From: Bacteroidota bacterium | GTDB taxonomy: Bacteria > Bacteroidota > Bacteroidia > Bacteroidales > UBA4417 | Direction of reading: 5' to 3' | Length of the DNA: 64,000 nucleotides | NCBI GenBank assembly: GCA_037142075.1 | Contig: JBAXBJ010000001.1 | Coordinates: forward strand, 93,617 to 157,616 | Shown here: one piece after another, positions 29,440 to 39,438 of the stretch | How the letters are laid out: every line of letters begins with the position of its first letter | Numbering within the stretch: the first letter of the stretch is position 1 | Translations under genes and position numbers: made by a program | The notes under the pieces: generated by a model | What the model saw: only the letters and a program-made list of their open reading frames with translations | What the model was told of the DNA's origin: nothing | Databases searched by the model: none

Positions 29440-30090
29440 TTATAAGACTAACGAACTCAATTTCTTTATATCGCATAGCTTGTTATCAATGCTAAAAACG
29501 ACTTTTCTATCAGTAATCTCCTGAATAAAACTCTTACCATAATGTAGTTGCCGATGATGGTTAGCGCAGACCGTTATCAGGTTTGCCGATGATGTGCTGA
29601 CCTCAATCTGTTCAGGTACAGGTATTATGTGGTGAACTTCAATATAATATTCGCCATTTGGTTTGCTAAACGAAAAAGGGCTATGCCCCATCCGCTCGCA
29701 AATCATACATTTATACCCAGCGATTTGTTTGAATCTATTTGAAAATGAACCTCTTTCTATTCTTTTGCTGAGTATTTCTTTAATTTCTGGAGTAGCATTC
29801 CTGTATTTTTCATCGAGGTTTATAATATCTAACAGGCTCTCAACGTATTCGTTATTAGCATCTTCTATAGTAAATTCAGGGGTAACTGGTTCAGGTTCTA
29901 TTGGTTCATCTTCAACTACTAAATTAATTTCTTGATCAGGTTCTTTGACTGGCTTTAAAGATATCCTTGTCCTTGGCTTTTTTACAGGAACTTCAGTTAT
30001 TCTGATCTTTTGCATTGGGTTTAAAATTTTCCAGTTTCTATGTAGAATTATTTTCAAATGTAACAAAACCACTGGATCAATCACAACCAT
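29440..30090 (-). CDS. HNH endonuclease (true start probably the internal MQKIRI)
   Basis: CMIC...YIEVHHIIP...NLITVCANHHRQLH. Confidence 0.85.
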   Translation of the reverse strand: MVVIDPVVLLHLKIILHRNWKILNPMQKIRITEVPVKKPRTRISLKPVKEPDQEINLVVEDEPIEPEPVTPEFTIEDANNEYVESLLDIINLDEKYRNATPEIKEILSKRIERGSFSNRFKQIAGYKCMICERMGHSPFSFSKPNGEYYIEVHHIIPVPEQIEVSTSSANLITVCANHHRQLHYGKSFIQEITDRKVVFSIDNKLCDIKKLSSLVL

Positions 30091-30153
30091 CGAGTAAAAA
30101 TAAGCATGCCTCGCTTTTTGTCACTCCAATTCGCTCAATCTCTCTAAAAACCA

Positions 30154-30161
30154 TACCTTTG
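30154..30161 (+). promoter_or_regulatory. Bacteroidota -7 promoter element
   Basis: TACCTTTG 23 bp upstream of the 30185 ATG. Confidence 0.55.
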
Positions 30162-30184
30162 AGCCACAATAGAATTATAATAAA

Positions 30185-32164
30185 ATGATTATCATTCATA
30201 AAGTTGACAATTTCCTTGGCGAACTATTTCCACGATATAAATCGTCAGGATATGATCAGGATATCCTGAAAGAAGAGCTTACACAGTACTACACATACAA
30301 GGTATTCCGACCCATTGTTGACATTACGGATGGTTATGTAACGATCAATATCGATACGCAACGAATTGAAAATGAAGTTGAAGAATATAAAGCTGTTGTA
30401 CGGTTATGCGAACAAGGTCAATACAGTAAAGCTAAACCAAGGCTTCAGTCATTAATAAAACAAAACCCATCTAATTCCGAGTATCATAGAATTCTGGGTC
30501 AAATATTCTCTGATGAAGGTGATCAGGAGCAATCTATCGATAATTTAATCGATGCATTACGCTGGAACCCCAAGAATACAAATGCATTAACTATGATGGG
30601 CAATATCATGAAGAGGCATAAAAATGATATTAGTACTGCCATCATGTATTTTAACCAAGTTATTCTGTTGAATCCAGATGATTATATCGGCTATAATAAT
30701 TTGGGTGCTAATCAGTTAGAGAGTGGTAAAATTGAAGAAGCGAAACAACTGTTCGAAAAAGCATATTCTATAAAACCAGACTATCCCAATACTCTTATCG
30801 CCTTGGCAATGATATCGGAAATGAAGGGTGAACAACTGCCAGCGTTTCAAAATGCACTGAATGCGCTTAAGAATTGTGCAGCAAAAGATGGGGTTTATAA
30901 ACAAGCCTACAATCTCACTTTGAGGTGCGCTAAATCAATAATTGAATCTGGTGTTGGTTTAACCATCTTTAATACAATGCTTCATCAGGTTGAATACGAG
31001 GCGGATAAAAAGATCGAGATTGTTGTTGATGATACGATAAAAACAATAGCCAAGATGGAGTTGGCTGAAAACTATAACAGGGAGAACCATGTTATCCGTT
31101 ATAAGCCCAGCTACCCAGCTAAAGAGCACCTAATGATGCATGAGTTGATGCATATAAAGTTTGTAATTGATGCCCGAAAAGAAGAATCAAATAAGGTGTT
31201 CGCTTCAACTGAATTACAAAAAGCTGATTTTATCGCAGCTCGTGATTCATGGGCAAAAAAGATGATCAGGAGCGGGATGACTGAAGAATCTGTAAATCGA
31301 GTATTAGGCGACATCTTTGCTGGTCTGAATCTCCAAGTTTATAATGCTCCTATTGATCTTTTTATCGAGGATTTTCTCTTCAACACATTTCCTGATCTAC
31401 GTCCCTTTCAATTTCTTTCAATTTTTAACATTGTAAAGGAGGGTATAGAAGCTACAACAATGAAGAACATTGTTGATATTATGCCTAAGGACATTCTTCA
31501 AAACTCGAAAATTTACAATTTAGTCGGTGCATTACAATTCAAGGATTTGTATGGGATAGATTTCATAAAGGAGTTCAACCCTGACCCGTTTGAGCTAAAG
31601 ACTGCTCAACGAATGTATAACGAATACCTTGATTATAAAGATGATCGGTCGCCAGCAGAAGAATACGAACTAATAGAAAATTGGGCTAAAGACCTGAAAC
31701 TGGATAATAACTTTATCCTGATAGATGAAATTGATCATTTTAATAAAAAATCAAGTGTTGAAAATATTCTGAAAACCATTGAAGATGATCCATACGATTT
31801 GAAAGGAAACCAAAAATCAAAACTACGGGATCAGAAGAATTTTATTGAATCGCAAAAGGACATTGGATTTAACAGTGCTGTTATGTTTTTCATGGTGGAT
31901 GCACTGCAATTTTTTAAGGAGATGCCTCTGTCTGGGATCAAAAAAATCGCTATTGAAATAGCTATGCTTGGTACCCAAGGTATCAGACCTGATGCGGAAT
32001 CCTATAAATTGACCAATATTCCGAACAAAGTTTTCAGCGGTTATCACCTTTTAGCGTACTATTATGTAAGCTGGGCATTGACCGATACCGTTATGCTGAA
32101 AGAACTAAACTTGCCGTTTAGTGCGGAGTACGAAATGGCGAAGGGGATGGCTAAAGGAGAGTAA
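30185..32164 (+). CDS. TPR protein with HExxH metallopeptidase-like domain
   Basis: N-terminal TPRs (YNNLGA..GKIEEAK..FEKA); HLMMHELMH. Confidence 0.85.
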   Translation: MIIIHKVDNFLGELFPRYKSSGYDQDILKEELTQYYTYKVFRPIVDITDGYVTINIDTQRIENEVEEYKAVVRLCEQGQYSKAKPRLQSLIKQNPSNSEYHRILGQIFSDEGDQEQSIDNLIDALRWNPKNTNALTMMGNIMKRHKNDISTAIMYFNQVILLNPDDYIGYNNLGANQLESGKIEEAKQLFEKAYSIKPDYPNTLIALAMISEMKGEQLPAFQNALNALKNCAAKDGVYKQAYNLTLRCAKSIIESGVGLTIFNTMLHQVEYEADKKIEIVVDDTIKTIAKMELAENYNRENHVIRYKPSYPAKEHLMMHELMHIKFVIDARKEESNKVFASTELQKADFIAARDSWAKKMIRSGMTEESVNRVLGDIFAGLNLQVYNAPIDLFIEDFLFNTFPDLRPFQFLSIFNIVKEGIEATTMKNIVDIMPKDILQNSKIYNLVGALQFKDLYGIDFIKEFNPDPFELKTAQRMYNEYLDYKDDRSPAEEYELIENWAKDLKLDNNFILIDEIDHFNKKSSVENILKTIEDDPYDLKGNQKSKLRDQKNFIESQKDIGFNSAVMFFMVDALQFFKEMPLSGIKKIAIEIAMLGTQGIRPDAESYKLTNIPNKVFSGYHLLAYYYVSWALTDTVMLKELNLPFSAEYEMAKGMAKGE

Positions 32165-32191
32165 ATCTAATTCTGAATGTTGGCTTTTTGA

Positions 32192-32674
32192 TTATTTTAA
32201 AGCGATTTCCCACTCCCTCAGCTTCTGCTGAACGGTTTTACCAGTATTTGCCGAACTTGACGATGTTAGTGTAATAAGTTCCATCTGTGGCATACTATGT
32301 TTCATTTTAATGAAAGTGCTGAATGACTTTTCCCCGTTGAATGCGAGCTTCTTTATTTTTGGATACTGCTTAAATAAGCCAATAAAATCATTTAACTCTT
32401 CATTTTTGATGTTGGAATCTAAACTGCCGATACGCTCAGCTTTGGTCATTACATCCCATAACCCGATTTTATTCTTTAGTAATAATTCGGTTTTTTCATT
32501 GTAATGATACAGGTGAATATTGTTGTTAAAAATCGCAAATATAATCTTCCAGAATTGGTTTTTAGGATTGGCGTAATACTCGTTAGCCGCAATAGATTGA
32601 TCGCTGGGTAAGGAGCCTAAAATCAAAATTTCGGTATTTTGATCGATTACTGGTGGGAAGCCTGATTTTTTCAT
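32192..32674 (-). CDS. DNA-deoxyinosine glycosylase (UDG family 6-like)
   Basis: ILILGSLPS..S..YYANPKNQFW, IGLWDV, GSLDSNI, FNG, SSSAN. Confidence 0.85.
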   Translation of the reverse strand: MKKSGFPPVIDQNTEILILGSLPSDQSIAANEYYANPKNQFWKIIFAIFNNNIHLYHYNEKTELLLKNKIGLWDVMTKAERIGSLDSNIKNEELNDFIGLFKQYPKIKKLAFNGEKSFSTFIKMKHSMPQMELITLTSSSSANTGKTVQQKLREWEIALK

Positions 32675-32701
32675 CCTTTTTTCTATACAATCTATCGTTT
32701 T

Positions 32702-33196
32702 CTACTTTTTTTCAATAGGGATTTTAATTTCACTTCCGTTTTTATAATCCTTGATACAAAAAACGTTTTCATCTTCATCATAAGAAATGTTGTCGTAATC
32801 AGGTGGGATAAAAAAATCTCCATACCTGTCAATTACCGCCATATTCCACTCATCATTTTTAAGATTATATTCGGTTGCATCAAAATCTAACTGTAATCCC
32901 GTTATGGTGATTATAAATAGCTCGTAATTATCAATATAATTCTCGATTGAACGAATATCTCTTTTGATAATTTGACCATCATTTTTTATAATTGCGCATA
33001 CTTCATTGCCAGTCCAATCACAATATTCAGCTATTAGATATTTTTCTTCATCATCTTGCCACCTGCAATCTGAAACGCCTTCGTCCAAGAGATAATTAAT
33101 GTTGATTAGGATTGTTCCATTATTTTTATCAATGCGCCAGATATTAACTTCTTCTTCATCAATAATTTCTGCTGTAGATGTAATAGTGGTTTTCAT
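32702..33196 (-). CDS. acidic hypothetical protein (WG-repeat-like)
   Basis: AVIDRYGDFFIPPDYDNI. Confidence 0.6.
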   Translation of the reverse strand: MKTTITSTAEIIDEEEVNIWRIDKNNGTILININYLLDEGVSDCRWQDDEEKYLIAEYCDWTGNEVCAIIKNDGQIIKRDIRSIENYIDNYELFIITITGLQLDFDATEYNLKNDEWNMAVIDRYGDFFIPPDYDNISYDEDENVFCIKDYKNGSEIKIPIEKK

Positions 33197-33369
33197 GTTT
33201 TTTATGTTTATTGTTTACTAATCATAGGTCTAATGTTTACATTTCAAGCACATTTTCTCATTTGTAAGCCATAAACTATGATCTGTTGGATGTAGATAGA
33301 AGTGCGGCAAGGATTAATTGATTATTAATTTTATTCTCTATTTTGATTTTAAAGTAAAGGTGCAATTGC

Positions 33370-36324
33370 CTACAAATTCATCCCCTGTTGCGGTTGATTG
33401 TTGTATGTGTTGGTAAACACGAATTCCTGTAACCATTTTTTAAATGATGGGTTATCCTGAAATTGCTTGAAAAGTTCAACACCTGATGTCATGGATTTTA
33501 ATATGGCTTTTGTCAATGCAGCATCACTCTCAATTTTGGCAGTGGCTTTATCCGAATTTTTCATTGCGTTTTGATACGCTTCACTTTGGGCAACTTCTTC
33601 AGGTAATGATGCGATTTGACGTTTAACTTTGTCAGTGTCGCTCCATTTTACATCTCCAAAATGAGTATTAAATTCGTTAAGGATAACGCTTAACAAATCT
33701 AATACTGGCTCGCTGACCTTAGTAGTTGTACTTACTGGTATCGGCTCAATTTCACTGTCCTTGTTTTCCAAAACAATAGCTCTTTCTTCCAGAATATTAT
33801 TTTTATAACTATCGAAATCGACAGTTTCTAATATACCAGCAGCTAAATCTTCGTCTTTTGGTGCAGGTAATTTAGGTATGAGTAGTGTTAAAAATATGCA
33901 TAGTTTTTCCCATTCCTGACTACCATACGGCATTATTGCGGCAAGGAACGTATATGTATAAACAAATGTCTTGGCACTGCTTTTAAACTCAACCTGTCCA
34001 TCTTCATCAAGCTCTTTATAAAGCGTAACACACTGGTCAATCAAAGGGTCAATCTTATCCCGTTGAGCATCATTCAGCATAAGTGCAACCACATTATCAA
34101 CGTGGTATTGCGTATATACTTGATGCTTTTCCATTGCAGCAATCAAATCATTCAGTTTATTCGGGTCGGTTTCTGATGACAGGATTGTTGTTTTATAATA
34201 TTTCTGGAATGCTTCCTGAATTACTTCTACATCATTGGCGAAATCCAGCACGAAAGTGTCTTTCTTTAATGGCAGTGCCCGATTTAAACGAGACAGGGTC
34301 TGAACCGCTTTAATATCAGCCAGTACTTTGTCTACATACATGGTATGCAGCAATGGTTCGTCATAGCCTGTTTGGAATTTGTTGGCAACAATCAGGAAAC
34401 GGTAGGGGTCTTTCCTAAACTTCTTCTCTATTAAATTGCTTGGAAATCCGTTAATGGACGACTCCGTCACTTTACCATGAACCTTATGCTCTTTTTCACC
34501 AGAGAAAGCTAAAATGGCTTTATACTGGCTATTCCGTTCTTCCAGAAGTTTAGTAATTGAATAATAGTAATCAATAGCTCTCACAATACTTGCAGTTACA
34601 ACCATTGCACGTGCCTGACCGCCAATTTTTCCTTTGCTGATAACTTGGTTGTGGAAATGTTCCACCATTATTCCTGCTTTCTGGTCGATGGTATATTTAT
34701 TCCCTTCCACAAATGCCCGTAATCGCTTCTTCGCTTTTTTCTTATCAAATTTTGGGTCATCTTCTATCGCTCTTGCCAATAAATAGTTACTGATGATTGG
34801 AGTATAAAACTTCAATACATCCATAATGAAACCTTCTTCAATGGCTTGCTTCATGGTATATTCGTGGAATGGCTCATGACCAATTGTACCATCAGCATGA
34901 ACTACAGGCAAACCAAACATTTCCAGCGTCTTGTTCTTCGGGGTAGCAGTAAAAGCGTAATAGCTGGCGTTTTTAAGCATTTTACGCCCCTCAATCAACT
35001 TGTTAATCTTATCTTCCAGTTCATCGTCATCCTCGCTTATATTGCCTGATAATGCGATATTCATTTTTGCCGACAAACTTCCGTTCTGGCTTGAATGTGC
35101 TTCGTCAATAATAATCGCAAAGTTCTTGTCTTTATTTTCGGTACTAATGTCCTTCAGTATTTCGGGAAACTTAAAAATGGTGGTGATGATAATTTTCTTT
35201 CCTGAAGCCAGCAAATCTTTCAATACGCTTGATTTTTCTGCCCATCCAACAGTACTGCTTTCCTGCATGAATTGGCGTATTGTATTCCGAATCTGTTTAT
35301 CCAGATTTATGCGGTCAGTGACTACAATTATGGAATCGAAAATATTCTTCTCATCCTTTTCCAACACAACCAGTTGGTGAGCCAACCATGCAATTGAATT
35401 TGATTTGCCACTACCAGCACTATGCTGGATAAGATACTTTTGTCCTACACCTTTTTCCTTTGTATTTTTCAACAGTGCCTTAACAACCGATAATTGATGA
35501 TACCTCGGAAAAATTTGAGTCTCAGTCACCTTGTTGGTTTCTTCATCTTTTTCACTTACAACTTGTGCGAAATTTTCGATAATGTAGGAAAGTTCACTCT
35601 TGGTTAAAATTTGTTTCCATAGATAGTCTGTTTTGAGACCAACAGGATTATCAGGATTGCCAGCACCGTTGTTACGCCCAATGTTAAATGGCAAGAACCA
35701 TGATGATTTGCCAGCTAATTTGGTACACATCTTTACTTCATTATCGTCCAAAGCAAAATGTACGGCACATCGTTTAAAGTTAAAAATGGTTTCCTTAGGG
35801 TCACGGTCGATTTTATATTGGTGTACTGCATCGTGAACATCTTGCTTGGTGAATTGATTCTTTAGTTCAAATGTAGCAATGGGCAATCCATTTATGAAGG
35901 TAACAAAATCGAGAGCCAGAGTAGGAAATTCCCGTGAATACCGAACCTGACGGGTTATGCTGAATATGTTTTGACTGTATAGCTCCGTTGCTTTAACATT
36001 ATCTGGAGAAGGTGTAACATAATACAGGTCAAGAGTCCCATGTAAATATCGCATACCCTTGCGAAGCACATCAATAATGCCTCTGGTAGCCAGCTCCTGC
36101 TTGAACTTGTTGAGAAACTTGCTTTTTTGAAGTTCGGAGTCCAAAATATGTAAGGATTCCAGCTTATCAGCCTGAGTGGATTGCAGGAAACGGAATAGTC
36201 GGGCTTCGTCAATGCCAAACTCTTTGTTGTAATCCGAAATTGTTCCTTGTTCGTAATGGTTTTGTGTAACCAGATAATCAACGATTAACGATTCAAGACC
36301 ATTTTCTTTTATGTTGGTTGTCAT
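33370..36324 (-). CDS. hsdR: type I restriction endonuclease subunit R
   Basis: D..FINGLP...ELKN, HSAGSGKS, DEAH, FTATP, FQTGYDEP. Confidence 0.95.
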   Translation of the reverse strand: MTTNIKENGLESLIVDYLVTQNHYEQGTISDYNKEFGIDEARLFRFLQSTQADKLESLHILDSELQKSKFLNKFKQELATRGIIDVLRKGMRYLHGTLDLYYVTPSPDNVKATELYSQNIFSITRQVRYSREFPTLALDFVTFINGLPIATFELKNQFTKQDVHDAVHQYKIDRDPKETIFNFKRCAVHFALDDNEVKMCTKLAGKSSWFLPFNIGRNNGAGNPDNPVGLKTDYLWKQILTKSELSYIIENFAQVVSEKDEETNKVTETQIFPRYHQLSVVKALLKNTKEKGVGQKYLIQHSAGSGKSNSIAWLAHQLVVLEKDEKNIFDSIIVVTDRINLDKQIRNTIRQFMQESSTVGWAEKSSVLKDLLASGKKIIITTIFKFPEILKDISTENKDKNFAIIIDEAHSSQNGSLSAKMNIALSGNISEDDDELEDKINKLIEGRKMLKNASYYAFTATPKNKTLEMFGLPVVHADGTIGHEPFHEYTMKQAIEEGFIMDVLKFYTPIISNYLLARAIEDDPKFDKKKAKKRLRAFVEGNKYTIDQKAGIMVEHFHNQVISKGKIGGQARAMVVTASIVRAIDYYYSITKLLEERNSQYKAILAFSGEKEHKVHGKVTESSINGFPSNLIEKKFRKDPYRFLIVANKFQTGYDEPLLHTMYVDKVLADIKAVQTLSRLNRALPLKKDTFVLDFANDVEVIQEAFQKYYKTTILSSETDPNKLNDLIAAMEKHQVYTQYHVDNVVALMLNDAQRDKIDPLIDQCVTLYKELDEDGQVEFKSSAKTFVYTYTFLAAIMPYGSQEWEKLCIFLTLLIPKLPAPKDEDLAAGILETVDFDSYKNNILEERAIVLENKDSEIEPIPVSTTTKVSEPVLDLLSVILNEFNTHFGDVKWSDTDKVKRQIASLPEEVAQSEAYQNAMKNSDKATAKIESDAALTKAILKSMTSGVELFKQFQDNPSFKKWLQEFVFTNTYNNQPQQGMNL

Positions 36325-36328
36325 ACTG

Positions 36329-36667
36329 AGATATTTTAAAAGTATTCAAAAAGTAACCAGCAAGTATTCCGAAAGTAACCAGAAAACATTCTTTCAATTA
36401 TATGCTAACTAATTAACTAACTGATGTTTGGGCTTTTTACTGATTGGTTGATAGTTTGCTGCTGGTATTAAACAGTAACCAGCAACGTAACCAGCAGCGT
36501 AACCAGCAGCGTAACCAGCAGCGTAACCAGCAGTGTAACCAGCAGTGTAACCAGCAGTGTAACCAGCAGTGTAACCAGCAAAGTAACCAGCAAAGTAACC
36601 AGCAAATTCCTTATTATTCTTCATGCACTTTAAGCCATTCTTTACCAAAAGTTGTAATAATATACTG
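36329..36667. repeat. direct repeat copy A (partner at 45271-45501)
   Basis: TTAAAAGTATTCAAAAAGTAACCAGCAA...TTATTATTCTTCATGCACT..AAGCCATTCTTTACCAAAAGTTGTAA shared. Confidence 0.85.
36475..36606. repeat. 12-bp tandem repeat, 11 units GTAACCAGCA(AC/GC/GT/AA)
   Basis: Counted directly: 1+3+4+3 units. Confidence 0.95.
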
Positions 36668-38059
36668 TTGACCTTTAACATCAGTTTTCCCAGTTTTGGT
36701 ATATGTAAGAAAATCGGTATCTATCAAAGGTTGTATGTGATTCCTGAAGTTTTTTGTTTGTTTGGTAATTCCGATGAAAGTAAAGATTTCGCCACTACTT
36801 TTAGCCGTACTGCAAAATTTTAAAACAGATAATTGCTTTACAGTCAACTCAACCAATTTGGTGTTCACTCTTCCCGAAATAGGTTCTACTACCTTAAATG
36901 CTGTAATTAACGTTAAATCGAAAAATGCTTTGCCGTTCCCGTTTTCTGCCAGTTCTTTTTGTACCCTGACAATTCCCCTGTTGTAACGGTTTACATATCC
37001 CAATACTTTCATTGTTTCAGCAATAACAGGATTTCGATAATCGTTTACATCAGGAAAATTTTCGGGTCGTGCTTTGCCGTATAACCCTCCAGCATTTTGT
37101 ATTTCGATATAGCTATCAAATTCATAAAATCGTGTAGGCGCATTCGATTCATAGTCACGGTGCATTACCGCATTCATTAACAACTCACGGGTTGCATAAT
37201 ACGGATAGCTGATTACTTTCATTTCACGCAATGCCGATACTGGTACTGGCTTTTCTTTGGCAATGCTTAGTTCAACGAACGTGTCCATTTTATGAAGTGC
37301 CCGAACCAGATTCCCATCAAATTTGTGCTCGTTCATAATTTCACCAGCACGGTCTTCGCCAGCGAAACGAACATATTGCACATAGCAACCCGCCAGAAAT
37401 TTCTCAGGATTTATCCCAAACAAAACTATTCCCGCATAAGTTGGGCAATCGAAACGTAAATCGTAAAAACCAAGTGATTGCAGTTTCAGCTTAATATCCC
37501 GTTTATCTTCCGATAAAATATCTTCAGGAAATGCTTTCGGTAAATAGTCAGTTTTAAACAGCTTAATGTCTAAATCATCAAGATTTGCGCCAGTGCAGGG
37601 CATAGCATCAAAGGTTTTGATGTTGGCTGCCCGCTTTTCGTACAGTATTTTTTCTTCGGCTTCGTTGGCAACCCCTTTACGAGCACCAACCCGAATCCAG
37701 ATTTTGCTTTTGTAACGAACTGGCGGGAAATTAGATGGCTGAACCTCTGCTACCAATAATTCACCATCGGGGAACGAAAATTTTTCGATAGTCATAGCTG
37801 GTTGTGGTTGAATATTACCATCCGAACGAATTGCTGCAATGTTTAGCTGTAACTGGTCTGTTACCCGCAGCCCACAGCGAGCTCCATTATCAAATGCGCC
37901 AATAATCAGGTAGCCTGATTGCTGCGAATCTGGAAAATCGTTGCAAAACGCACAGATAGCCTGACCAAACTTATCGGTATCGGTTATTGATATAGTGCGT
38001 TCGACACGTGAATTTTCAATATCGAGCAACAGTTTTTCAAGTTCTTCTTTCGTAATCAT
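36614..38059 (-). CDS. Schlafen/AlbA_2 + HATPase_c_4 (RecG C-terminal-like) + wHTH protein
   Basis: ENSRVE, ICAFCND..GYLIIG, RELLMNAVMHRDY, YRNP.IA. Confidence 0.85.
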   Translation of the reverse strand: MITKEELEKLLLDIENSRVERTISITDTDKFGQAICAFCNDFPDSQQSGYLIIGAFDNGARCGLRVTDQLQLNIAAIRSDGNIQPQPAMTIEKFSFPDGELLVAEVQPSNFPPVRYKSKIWIRVGARKGVANEAEEKILYEKRAANIKTFDAMPCTGANLDDLDIKLFKTDYLPKAFPEDILSEDKRDIKLKLQSLGFYDLRFDCPTYAGIVLFGINPEKFLAGCYVQYVRFAGEDRAGEIMNEHKFDGNLVRALHKMDTFVELSIAKEKPVPVSALREMKVISYPYYATRELLMNAVMHRDYESNAPTRFYEFDSYIEIQNAGGLYGKARPENFPDVNDYRNPVIAETMKVLGYVNRYNRGIVRVQKELAENGNGKAFFDLTLITAFKVVEPISGRVNTKLVELTVKQLSVLKFCSTAKSSGEIFTFIGITKQTKNFRNHIQPLIDTDFLTYTKTGKTDVKGQQYIITTFGKEWLKVHEE

Positions 38060-38071
38060 ATCGGTAGTTCA

Positions 38072-39433
38072 TTATTCTTCCATAACTTCCTCTGTTTCAG
38101 CTTCAACTTCTTCCAATGTAACAGATTCAAAGACTTCATCAATTTTTACTTCACGAATATCTATTTTGCCTGTAACCACTTCACTGATTAGGCTGGTTTT
38201 ATATTCATTTATAAGATTAATTTCATTGCCTATTTTTAATATTGCTTTATCTATCCGTGATATCTCTGCTTCAATAAAATTTCTGATTTGTATCTGCTCA
38301 TTCAAAGGTGGTAAAAGTATGTTTATTTTCTTCGTTCCTAACTGATTAAGAATAGGTAGGGTTGTGTACATTGCAATTGAAAAAATATGTGCTTTGATGC
38401 TTCTTAGGAAGTATGCTAAAAAATATTTATCGACTCTATTTCCGCATAGTATTGCATTAATCTGTTGATTACACGAACAAATAGAATGCGAAATAGAAAC
38501 TTTACCCATTGTCCCCCCGATTCCAATCATCATTATTGTTCCTGCTGGAAATATTGGAACTTCAGATTTTCCAGTAATTGATAATTTTCTTACGGAATTA
38601 GACAGCAAAATATCTTCTGTGAAATCAGTCGGAGTAAACCAATTAAAACCATTATCATCAAATGAATCTTCTTTTGCTCCTTTTGGGGTTATGCCTGTTT
38701 TTACAAATTCTACTGCTCTCCGTAACTGCACTACTTCCCAATGTTTCGGAATTTCACCCAGCCAATCAACTCTACTATCTTTCAATGATACATGAGGGTC
38801 TAACCCTTTAGTAACAGCTTGGTTTATTTTAACCTGTTTAAGCTCTTTAAGTAACTCAATTTCAGACTTCTTATCTTTGACGAACTTATTGATTGCAGAT
38901 ATTTTGCTATCAAGAAACCTAACAATTTGGTCTTGTTCAGGGCGTGAAGGAATGTACAAATTAATATTCTTAAAATCATTGTACCTCATGTCCCACTGAC
39001 CAACCCTAATACCGTACGAGATTCTGTTATATTGAGTTTTAAAGGTCGGTGAGCGTAGCAAATACTGGAAATATCTATAGTTTGCATCAAGTGAAAATAA
39101 GCAGACGATATAGGCAGGACTTACAATACCTTCAAAACTTGAAACACCAAGAGAACCTTGCCACATTTTCATTTTATTCATTACAAGATAATCCTTGCCA
39201 ACATACTTGTAATTTGATAAGTCCAGACTTTCAACATTGTGATTGTCATTTCTTGATGCTTTTCTAACTACACCATATTCTCGATAAACCGAGAGTAATT
39301 CCAAATCATCACGATTACCATTCCTTTCGTCAGAAAGTTTTGTTAATGTGCGAATGGAACGTTTTTCCCAATGTCTTGGAACTTCTGGAAGCCAATCGTA
39401 TTCTGTCGTTTGATATTCTTCGTATGGCTTCAT
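38072..39433 (-). CDS. hsdS: type I R-M specificity subunit
   Basis: WL.E(V/I)P.HWE twice, P..EQ..I twice, SLISEVVTGKID. Confidence 0.95.
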   Translation of the reverse strand: MKPYEEYQTTEYDWLPEVPRHWEKRSIRTLTKLSDERNGNRDDLELLSVYREYGVVRKASRNDNHNVESLDLSNYKYVGKDYLVMNKMKMWQGSLGVSSFEGIVSPAYIVCLFSLDANYRYFQYLLRSPTFKTQYNRISYGIRVGQWDMRYNDFKNINLYIPSRPEQDQIVRFLDSKISAINKFVKDKKSEIELLKELKQVKINQAVTKGLDPHVSLKDSRVDWLGEIPKHWEVVQLRRAVEFVKTGITPKGAKEDSFDDNGFNWFTPTDFTEDILLSNSVRKLSITGKSEVPIFPAGTIMMIGIGGTMGKVSISHSICSCNQQINAILCGNRVDKYFLAYFLRSIKAHIFSIAMYTTLPILNQLGTKKINILLPPLNEQIQIRNFIEAEISRIDKAILKIGNEINLINEYKTSLISEVVTGKIDIREVKIDEVFESVTLEEVEAETEEVMEE

Positions 39434-39438
39434 TATAC

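Noticed and set aside
36409-36681. ORFs with AGY/NQQ repeats, and the array as a possible CRISPR
   Set aside because: They are translations of the 12-bp tandem repeat; there are no unique spacers and no cas genes
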